Source of the DNA: Oceanobacter kriegii DSM 6294
Lineage (GTDB): Bacteria; Pseudomonadota; Gammaproteobacteria; Pseudomonadales; Oceanobacteraceae
Direction: 5' to 3'
Length of the DNA stretch: 32,000 bases
Assembly (NCBI RefSeq): GCF_000422845.1
Contig: NZ_KE383931.1
Span: forward strand, 531,366-563,365
Position 1 is the stretch's first letter, and each line of letters starts with the position of its first letter. Positions 17,918 through 24,874 of this stretch are shown here, piece by piece. The position numbers were made by a program, and so were the translations under genes. The notes under the pieces are model-generated. The model did not search any database and was not told where the DNA came from. It saw only the letters and a list, made by a program, of their open reading frames with translations.

Positions 17918-20842
17918 ATGACTCAAACTCTGTCTCTGCAACAACTGGAACAGCGCGATGGCTTTGTTGGCCGTCATATCGCCTCCAACGGTGCCGGCTT
18001 CAGTAACGCCGAAACCGCCGCCATGCTGGAAGCAATCAACGCGGAATCGCTGGACGCACTGACCGCCGAAATCGTCCCATCGGACATTCTCAGCGACGCC
18101 TTTCTGGAAATTGACGACAGCAAGACCGAGTTTGAAGCGCTGAACTACCTGCGCGGTCTGGCTAACCAGAACAAGGTATTCAAAAGCTACATTGGCCTGG
18201 GCTACCACGACACCATCATCCCCAACGTAATCCTGCGTAACGTGCTGGAAAACCCGGGCTGGTACACCGCCTACACCCCATACCAGCCAGAAATCGCCCA
18301 GGGCCGTCTGGAAGCCCTGCTGAACTTCCAGCAAATGGTCATCGACATGACCGGCATGGAACTGGCCAACGCCTCCCTGCTGGACGAAGGTACTGCCGCT
18401 GCTGAAGCCATGGCGATGGCCAAGCGTTCTGTTAAAAAGAACAAATCCAGCACCTTCTTCATTGACGAAAACTGCCTGCCGCAAACCATCGACGTGGTCA
18501 AAACCCGCGCTGAAGCGTTCGGTTGGGACGTACTGGTTGGCCCGGCTGACGACGCTGCCAGCGCCGACGTATTCGGTGCGCTGTTCCAGTACCCGGGCAA
18601 AAACGGTGACGTGCGTGACTTCACCGCACTGATTGACGCCCTGCACGCCAACAACGCGCTGGTTGCTATGGCCACCGACCTGATGGCACTGGTGAACCTG
18701 AAAGCACCGGGTGAAATGGGTGCCGACATCGTTCTGGGTAACGCCCAGCACCTTGGTGTGCCAATGGGCTTTGGTGGCCCACACGCAGCCTTCTTCGCCA
18801 CTCGCGACGCCTTCAAGCGTTCTATCCCGGGCCGTATCATCGGTGTTTCCATCGACGCCAATGGCAAGCCCGCCCTGCGTATGGCGCTGCAAACCCGCGA
18901 ACAGCACATTCGTCGTGAGAAAGCCAACTCCAACATCTGTACCGCTCAGGTGCTGCTGGCCAACCTGTCTTCCTTCTACGCTGTGTACCACGGTCCACAG
19001 GGCCTGAAGACCATCGCTGGCCGCATTCACCGCCTGGCCGATATTCTGGCCGCGGGCCTGAAGAAAGGCGGCATTGAACTGCTGAACGACAGCTGGTTCG
19101 ACACCCTCACCTTCAAGGTTGCCGACCGTGACGCCGTGCTGGGCCGCGCCGACGACGCCGAAGTGAACCTGCGTGACGACCTGCGCCTGCAAGGTACCGA
19201 CACTCTGGGCGTATCCATCAGCGAAAAAACCTCTGCTGCCGACGTGCAACAGCTGTTCGACGTTATTCTGGGTGGCTCTGTTGATACCCATGGTCTGGAT
19301 GTGTACGCACTGGACGCCGAAATCGTTGCCAACGGTTCTGAATCCATTCCGGCCGACGCCGCACGTAACACCGAATTCCTGACCCACCCGACCTTCAACC
19401 AGTACCACACCGAGCACGACATGCTGCGGTACATGAAGCGTCTGGAAGCCAAAGACCTGGCCATGAACCACAGCATGATCACGCTGGGTTCCTGCACCAT
19501 GAAACTGAACGCCACCACCGAAATGATCCCGGTGACCTGGCCTGAGTTCGCCAACATTCACCCGTTTGCCCCTGCCGACCAAACGGTTGGCTACCGCACC
19601 ATGATTGGCGAACTGAACGACTACCTGAAAACCATCACCGGCTTGCCAGCCGTGTGCATGCAGCCAAACTCAGGTGCTCAAGGTGAATACGCCGGTCTGC
19701 TGGCGATCAAGAAATACCACGAGAGCCGTGGCGAAGGTCACCGCAACGTGTGTCTGATTCCACGCTCCGCTCACGGTACCAACCCAGCGTCCGCCCAGAT
19801 GGCCTCCATGCGCGTTGTGGTCACCGACTGTGACGAACACGGCAACGTGGATTTCAACGACCTCAAAGCCAAGGCCGAAGAGCTGAAAGACCAGCTGTCC
19901 TGCCTGATGCTGACCTACCCGTCGACCCACGGCGTGTACGAAAAAGGCGTGAAGGAAATCTGCGACCTGATCCACGCCAACGGCGGTCAGGTATACATGG
20001 ACGGCGCCAACCTGAACGCACAGGTGGGCCTGACTGCCCCTGGCATCATCGGTGCCGACGTGACCCACATGAACCTGCACAAAACCTTCGCCATTCCACA
20101 CGGTGGCGGTGGCCCGGGCATGGGTCCTATTGGCGTTGCTGCACACCTGGCGCCGTTTGTTGCCAACCACAGCGTGGCACCGATTGACGACGCCGCCAAA
20201 GGCAACGGCGCGGTATCCTCCGCCCCATACGGCTCCTCCAGCATCCTGCCAATCAGCTGGATGTACATCACCCTGATGGGCGGCAACGGCCTGCGTCTGG
20301 CCACCCAAAACGCACTGCTGAAAGCCAACTACCTGGCCAAGCGCCTGGCAGACCACTACCCGATTCTGTACACCGGCCAAAACGACCGCGTGGCACACGA
20401 ATGCATCGTCGACCTGCGCCCAATCAAGGCCGAAACCGGCGTGACCGAAGTGGATATCGCCAAGCGCCTGATGGACTACGGCTTCCACGCCCCGACCATG
20501 TCGTTCCCGGTAGCGGGCACCTTCATGATCGAACCGACCGAATCCGAATCCAAAGCCGAAATCGACCGCTTCGCAGATGCCATGATCTCCATCAAACAGG
20601 AAATCAACGCCATCCACGCTGGTGAAATGGACGCCGAAAACAACGCCCTCAAACACGCCCCGCACACCGCGGAAGTGATTGCAGGCGAATGGGACCGCCC
20701 ATACAGCCGCGAACAAGCCGTGTACCCAACCAAAAACCTGGGTGCCCACAAGTTCTGGCCAAGCGTCGGCCGTATCGACGATGTATACGGCGACCGCAAC
20801 CTGATCTGCTCCTGCCCGGCGATTGAAAACTACGAAGACTAA
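17918..20842 (+). CDS. gcvP: Glycine dehydrogenase (decarboxylating), P protein
   Basis: 974 aa. It is collinear by eye with E. coli GcvP (MTQTLS..., [53 protein letters not shown]). Confidence 0.97.
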   Translation: MTQTLSLQQLEQRDGFVGRHIASNGAGFSNAETAAMLEAINAESLDALTAEIVPSDILSDAFLEIDDSKTEFEALNYLRGLANQNKVFKSYIGLGYHDTIIPNVILRNVLENPGWYTAYTPYQPEIAQGRLEALLNFQQMVIDMTGMELANASLLDEGTAAAEAMAMAKRSVKKNKSSTFFIDENCLPQTIDVVKTRAEAFGWDVLVGPADDAASADVFGALFQYPGKNGDVRDFTALIDALHANNALVAMATDLMALVNLKAPGEMGADIVLGNAQHLGVPMGFGGPHAAFFATRDAFKRSIPGRIIGVSIDANGKPALRMALQTREQHIRREKANSNICTAQVLLANLSSFYAVYHGPQGLKTIAGRIHRLADILAAGLKKGGIELLNDSWFDTLTFKVADRDAVLGRADDAEVNLRDDLRLQGTDTLGVSISEKTSAADVQQLFDVILGGSVDTHGLDVYALDAEIVANGSESIPADAARNTEFLTHPTFNQYHTEHDMLRYMKRLEAKDLAMNHSMITLGSCTMKLNATTEMIPVTWPEFANIHPFAPADQTVGYRTMIGELNDYLKTITGLPAVCMQPNSGAQGEYAGLLAIKKYHESRGEGHRNVCLIPRSAHGTNPASAQMASMRVVVTDCDEHGNVDFNDLKAKAEELKDQLSCLMLTYPSTHGVYEKGVKEICDLIHANGGQVYMDGANLNAQVGLTAPGIIGADVTHMNLHKTFAIPHGGGGPGMGPIGVAAHLAPFVANHSVAPIDDAAKGNGAVSSAPYGSSSILPISWMYITLMGGNGLRLATQNALLKANYLAKRLADHYPILYTGQNDRVAHECIVDLRPIKAETGVTEVDIAKRLMDYGFHAPTMSFPVAGTFMIEPTESESKAEIDRFADAMISIKQEINAIHAGEMDAENNALKHAPHTAEVIAGEWDRPYSREQAVYPTKNLGAHKFWPSVGRIDDVYGDRNLICSCPAIENYED

Positions 20843-20850
20843 CTTGGAAC

Positions 20851-20871
20851 GCGCCCCAACCCATGGGGCGC
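20851..20871 (+). terminator. Hairpin after the gcvP stop (no T-tract)
   Basis: GCGCCCCA-accca-TGGGGCGC forms an 8-bp GC-rich stem and is followed by AAATCAACG, so it is probably a leaky terminator. It sits exactly at the left edge of the low-GC islet. Confidence 0.4.
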
Positions 20872-20879
20872 AAATCAAC

Positions 20880-21527
20880 GTGAAACCAGAAATTCGTGCC
20901 AAACTCAGACTAATTGATCACCTAATAGCGACCCAAAGGTTAGCTGAAGGTGATCTTTTAATTAGTGAATTTAGACTTCCAAATAAAAAAAGGCGCGTTG
21001 ACTTGGCACTTTTCACAACAAGCCGAGCGATAGCTTTCGAAATAAAAACAGAAGGTGATAATTTATCCAGACTTTCTGAACAAGTAAAAGATCTTTCCAC
21101 TCATTTTGATAAGGTCATAGTTTTTTGCGCTCATAAACACTACAACAATGCGAAGAAATTAGTTTCTAAAAGTATAGAAATATGGTCTTACAACGATAAG
21201 AAAACAAAGCTATTACAACGAGGTAGATCCAACATAAAAAACACTAAAGCCATAATAGAACTACTTCCAAAGTATGAGCGTCACACGATCAAAAACAGAA
21301 ATGACGCACTAAATAAAATAAGAAAAAAATTCAGAAAGAATATCGAATTGTTTTGGAAAATCAGATCCCAAAAGAAAAATTGCGACTTAAAAGATCTGAT
21401 ATCAATTAGCAGGACTCCCCCAAAGGATCAAACCAAGAAAACCAGCGATGATCTCTGGACTTCTATCATAGAGGATCAATCTTCCCAATCTTCATCTGAA
21501 TCAATTTCAGATAATTCTTCATCATAA
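20880..21527 (+). CDS. PD-(D/E)xK nuclease-fold protein, sce7726/MmcB-like
   Basis: ORF track 20823..21527. The motif E30...D41(VDLAL)...E54-I-K56(FEIKT), followed by LSRLSEQ...FDKV, matches my recollection of the sce7726/MmcB pattern. The start is uncertain: GTG 20880 is preferred, and the TTG starts at 20823 and 20844 lie in or next to the gcvP 3' end. The Lys-rich C-terminal half ends in a Ser-rich tail. Confidence 0.6.
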   Translation: MKPEIRAKLRLIDHLIATQRLAEGDLLISEFRLPNKKRRVDLALFTTSRAIAFEIKTEGDNLSRLSEQVKDLSTHFDKVIVFCAHKHYNNAKKLVSKSIEIWSYNDKKTKLLQRGRSNIKNTKAIIELLPKYERHTIKNRNDALNKIRKKFRKNIELFWKIRSQKKNCDLKDLISISRTPPKDQTKKTSDDLWTSIIEDQSSQSSSESISDNSSS

Positions 21528-22564
21528 TGAAGCTGATTGTATAAATGTATGTTTATTCTTACTGCTGTCGACTTCATCGGAGTGGATATTGCGTAATCGT
21601 TACCTTGAGCCGTCAGTTCAATCATTTGAGTACCCCATACTTTCAATTCAGGCTGCCAATAATCTTTCACCATAATCTCATTTGCAGCCCACCTATATTG
21701 ATCAGTTCTATTGGGTATTGAGCCTTCCCTATAACGAACATAACGCCAACTATTTTTCAAAGGAAAGTCAATCCTAGGAACAGGAACACCACCACCGCCT
21801 CTATTCTCTTTGACACGTGCACTTGCATAATCAGAGTAAATTAAATTGCCTCTGAAATTCTTGATAAGATTGTTATACAAAAGCCTTTCACATATTGGGT
21901 TTTCTCCATTTTCCGTACCCCCAAATCCATCTGGGAAAGAACTACCACTGATACAAAAATCAGCACTTGGAAAAATACTCCGAGCCTTTTCTAGCCAACC
22001 CAAGAAAATATCATTATATTTTTGCGTACCAGAATCAATCCTTCCAAAATCAAAAATAATTAAACAAGGATCAAAACCAGACAGCATATTAATTAATCCC
22101 AGCCAGCGTCCAGTCTCGATATCAAGCAAGGAAAACCGTATAACAAATTGCCGCCCAGACCTAGTTAGAGTTTGACACTGTTCAATCACATGGTCGAATT
22201 CTTCCGTTTGAATCACCGGTATGCACCAATCATACGAGAGTACAAATTCAGTCCAGTTTTTATACCCCCCCGTCGGATCCATCAAAGCCTTTAATTGTTC
22301 ATAGACCGGACGTGGAAAACTTCCACTAACCAAATAATCCTTATTTTCAAAAACATATTCATAATCTAAATCTAATATGACATTCCCCGCTCCCAAACTC
22401 TCGAGCTTAGATATCGAATTCGAAATATCTTTAGCAGCCAACCATCCTTTCAGCTTTATACATGGAGATAGGTTTTTTTTATCTTTATCTGGAAGTTCAG
22501 AAAACGCCATAATTTCAGCAGGACTTAGAGATAATATAGGAAGGTATTCAGTTGATTCATACAT
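21476..22564 (-). CDS. Beta_protein-family (sce7725-like; P4 beta-like) protein, function unknown
   Basis: 362 aa. The N-terminus reads Y-L-P-I-L-x6-E-x2-A-x2-E-L, with later blocks GSSFPDGF, IYSDYASARV and NSWRYVRY. Length and motifs fit my memory of Pfam Beta_protein (PF14350). GGTGA lies 6 nt upstream of the ATG, and the gene starts 2 nt after the peptidase stop. Confidence 0.55.
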   Translation of the reverse strand: MYESTEYLPILSLSPAEIMAFSELPDKDKKNLSPCIKLKGWLAAKDISNSISKLESLGAGNVILDLDYEYVFENKDYLVSGSFPRPVYEQLKALMDPTGGYKNWTEFVLSYDWCIPVIQTEEFDHVIEQCQTLTRSGRQFVIRFSLLDIETGRWLGLINMLSGFDPCLIIFDFGRIDSGTQKYNDIFLGWLEKARSIFPSADFCISGSSFPDGFGGTENGENPICERLLYNNLIKNFRGNLIYSDYASARVKENRGGGGVPVPRIDFPLKNSWRYVRYREGSIPNRTDQYRWAANEIMVKDYWQPELKVWGTQMIELTAQGNDYAISTPMKSTAVRINIHLYNQLHYDEELSEIDSDEDWED

Positions 22565-22566
22565 TT

Positions 22567-23070
22567 TTAATCACCCACCCTAATTTTCAAAGCCACCACA
22601 GATACTTCTAGCTCTTGAGCAGCTTTTTCAAGGGCATACTCTTTTTTCTCACCTGCATAGTTAGAGATGCAACTTCTAACAAGATTTCCAGGCATCAATA
22701 TGTCAGCTGCGATCCTATTAGCTTGCGTTTCCATTGCGTTTGAAAGATTTGATCTATACAAAACATCATCGACAATACCATCTCCTATTAAATCCCGATG
22801 AAGAAGGAAATGACCAATTTCATGTGCAATTGTAAATCGCTGCCTTTCTGATGTATCGTGACGATTAACCTTGATAACAAACGTTCCATCTATATTTCTT
22901 ATCTCTCCAGAGACACTAGCGGACAGCGTCGACTTCTTAACAACCAACCCCAAAGACTTCGCGACAGCACCAATTTTCACGGGGGCTTCGAGTTGAAAAC
23001 TAGAGATTATTCTTTGAATTTCGGGAGAGATCAAATCCCACTCTCGCGAGTACTCGTTTAACTTAACCAT
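22567..23070 (-). CDS. ImmA/IrrE-family zinc metallo-endopeptidase (COG2856 / Peptidase_M78)
   Basis: HExxH is present as HEIGH (nt 22810-22824, verified codon by codon) in the context RQRFTIAHEIGHFLLH...METQANRIAADILMP. I prefer ATG 23070 (MVKLNEY...), which overlaps the upstream stop as ATGGTTAA. The track start 23115 is unlikely. Confidence 0.85.
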   Translation of the reverse strand: MVKLNEYSREWDLISPEIQRIISSFQLEAPVKIGAVAKSLGLVVKKSTLSASVSGEIRNIDGTFVIKVNRHDTSERQRFTIAHEIGHFLLHRDLIGDGIVDDVLYRSNLSNAMETQANRIAADILMPGNLVRSCISNYAGEKKEYALEKAAQELEVSVVALKIRVGD

Positions 23071-23731
23071 TATTATCGATCCCCCGATAAATTGCTCTTT
23101 CAACCCCGTTCTCAACCATATTATAAACCAGTTTTTCCAAACCTTTTTGGAAATCGCTCTTCTCTACAACATTACCATCAGCGTCATACAAAGAGCGATC
23201 ATCGACAATCGAATTCTTGAGGGATTCATATACCATTTGAGGCAATTCCTGCTCAGCCACTCTATTTATTTCCTGTCGAGCCTTTTCAGATACTAAATTT
23301 TGAAGTTTTTTGTATCCAAATATTGATGCAACACCAATCAATATCGTAAGTGCCGTCATAATAACGGTTATAGTACCTAAAAGGACGCTGACCCACCCAC
23401 TCCAGCCCTCATCTCTAGAGTTGATTTTATTCAACCCTACTTTTACAGCTTCTAATGCCTCACTAATTTCAGCAATAGATTCCGAATTAGTAGCAATAGA
23501 CTGCGAGCCCAACTCTAAACCATTTAAAGAGTCTTGAATTTTATCTATGCGGGATCTCAAATAAGATATTTCATCATATTGCCGATGAACTTGACCGAGA
23601 ACAACATCTGGATTCTCAGAGGGAAAAACAAGATCTCTTGAAACATCCTTATCGAATTCCGAATTACTTTCCGCATGTAAATTAACTGCCCCACCAAGAA
23701 ATATCGAGATAAATATCAACAACTTCCACAT
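23063..23731 (-). CDS. Bitopic membrane protein: signal peptide, periplasmic coiled-coil, one TM, ~70-aa cytoplasmic tail; no recognisable family
   Basis: The signal peptide is MWKLLIFISIFLGGAVNLHA|ES. A heptad-like region follows (ISYLRSRIDKIQDSLNGLELG...ALEAVKVGLNKI), then the TM segment WVSVLLGTITVIMTALTILIGVASIFGY. GAGGA lies 7 nt upstream of the ATG. It is the first gene of the islet operon. Confidence 0.7.
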   Translation of the reverse strand: MWKLLIFISIFLGGAVNLHAESNSEFDKDVSRDLVFPSENPDVVLGQVHRQYDEISYLRSRIDKIQDSLNGLELGSQSIATNSESIAEISEALEAVKVGLNKINSRDEGWSGWVSVLLGTITVIMTALTILIGVASIFGYKKLQNLVSEKARQEINRVAEQELPQMVYESLKNSIVDDRSLYDADGNVVEKSDFQKGLEKLVYNMVENGVERAIYRGIDNNG

Positions 23732-23764
23732 CAGTTCATCCTCAATTCAGTCTCCATCTAGTGG

Positions 23765-23792
23765 ATAATAAAGTAACTTGTATAAATAACAA
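23765..23792 (-). promoter_or_regulatory. Candidate sigma-70 promoter of the islet operon (TTGTTA-16-TATTAT)
   Basis: Read on the minus strand: -35 at plus 23787-23792 and -10 at plus 23765-23770, about 35 nt upstream of the ATG at 23731. Confidence 0.4.
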
Positions 23793-24274
23793 TCATAAAT
23801 CTATTGCTTACTGCCCTCTATATGACCATACTGCAGCATTAGCTATATGGACTACCAGATTTTATACACCGGTCAGAGCCTTTCCCCACTCACATAACCT
23901 CTCGCACTGGAATAGCGCAGTGTTCTGCCAAGTCAACGTAACCCCGTTTCACTAGGTTATGGTGAAGATATTCGATTTTCTGCCGCATCATATCAACGCC
24001 CATCTCGCTCTCACGCTCCGCGCTGTATTACAGCGGTTTCACACTCACGACGCCTGTCTTTCCCGGGAGCGCGGGCCGCTGGCCCGCTCTTGATGCAGAC
24101 GACCTGCGCGGCCCGAGCCGTCCTCGCTCCCAGCCAAGTTACACAACTCCTCCCAAGACACTACTGAAGACCCATGGTCTTGTGCGTTCAGCGCCCTACA
24201 CTGAGAGAAAACAATAATAACCCGCGTGGCAGCGTGTCTTTGGACAGCATGCTGTGCGGTGAACCGGAGGTAGC

Positions 24275-24853
24275 ATGTTACGTTCGAGTCGTTTTTCCGT
24301 TCTCTCTTCGCTTTCTTGTGCTGCTGTAGCAGCAGTGACGCTGACCACCAGCGTGCTGGCGAATCCGGCCCTGGAAGGTGAAAAGCACGTCTATTTGCTG
24401 GATAAGCAAGGCAACGAATACCCGATAGGCAGTGTGCATTTCACGGCTGCAGATGCTGGCAGCAAGTATTCGCTGCATATGGAGCACGAGCGCTTCAAGG
24501 ATTTCTTTTTGTCGATGAAGGAGATGAAGTGCCTCGAAGGGCCGGAGCTGATGTGCCATTTGGCCTACCCGTACGATCAGCCGCGCACAGTGACGGAACA
24601 GGAGTTAGGCTGGCTGTCTCATGACTTGTTGTTTATGTACAAGCAACCGGCTGAGTTTGGGGCCAATTTCTGGAATGGCGTGTATTACCAGCTGCGTATT
24701 GAGGGCGGTGTGATCAAAGGCAACGCTCAGGCAGTTGATTTGAACATGCTGGCGTCGCCTCCTGATGATTTGTCAGTGCTGCCGTTTGGCGAATGGGACC
24801 GGGAAGAGCTGGAGCCGAAAAACCGCTGGCTGCCGTTTATCGAAATTCGCTAA
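24275..24853 (+). CDS. Secreted hypothetical protein (signal peptide), unknown family
   Basis: 192 aa. GGAGG lies 4 nt upstream of the ATG. The signal peptide ends in ...TTSVLA|NP. Composition is host-like. Confidence 0.7.
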   Translation: MLRSSRFSVLSSLSCAAVAAVTLTTSVLANPALEGEKHVYLLDKQGNEYPIGSVHFTAADAGSKYSLHMEHERFKDFFLSMKEMKCLEGPELMCHLAYPYDQPRTVTEQELGWLSHDLLFMYKQPAEFGANFWNGVYYQLRIEGGVIKGNAQAVDLNMLASPPDDLSVLPFGEWDREELEPKNRWLPFIEIR

Positions 24854-24874
24854 CGGCTGTCAGGTTCTGTCTGA

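Larger units (their letters stand above)
20872..23945. other. Low-GC genomic islet (probable horizontal acquisition) carrying a 4-gene candidate conflict system
   Basis: Hand-counted GC was 17/60 (21121-21180) and 19/60 (22021-22080) inside the islet, against 38/60 (20761-20820) in gcvP. The edges carry imperfect 17-nt direct repeats at 20871-20887 and 23929-23945 (13/17 identical). No integrase, transposase or tRNA is present. Confidence 0.7.

Noticed and set aside
20823-20879. TTG start for the islet nuclease ORF lying inside the last codons of gcvP
   Set aside because: The first ~19 codons are host-composition sequence spanning the gcvP stop and its hairpin. The family-like sequence (PEIRAKL...) and the low-GC DNA begin only around 20880. 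The start is kept as uncertain rather than claiming a gcvP overlap.
17891-20902. Two long minus-strand ORFs (563 and 410 aa) opposite gcvP
   Set aside because: This is the same codon-aligned antisense artefact as at acnB. The composition is V/G/H/Q-rich and non-protein-like, and gcvP is unambiguous on the + strand.
22473-22480. A8/T8 tract here and an A7 tract at 20985-20991 in islet genes, considered as possible phase-variation tracts
   Set aside because: They arise from consecutive AAA Lys codons in ~30% GC, Lys-rich genes and are within expectation. Only the G7 tract (22265-22271) is compositionally surprising.
23761-23955. 64-aa + ORF between the islet operon and the next gene
   Set aside because: It has a GTG start without an SD and runs antisense through the operon promoter region. 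The sequence is Cys/His/Thr-rich with no motifs. It is more likely non-coding.
23959-24099. 46-aa + ORF (MVKIFDFLPHHINAHLALTLRAVLQRFHTHDACLSRERGPLARS)
   Set aside because: It has no SD and overlaps GC-rich palindromes that look like REP or structural elements. It might be a gene fragment, but I cannot support it as coding.
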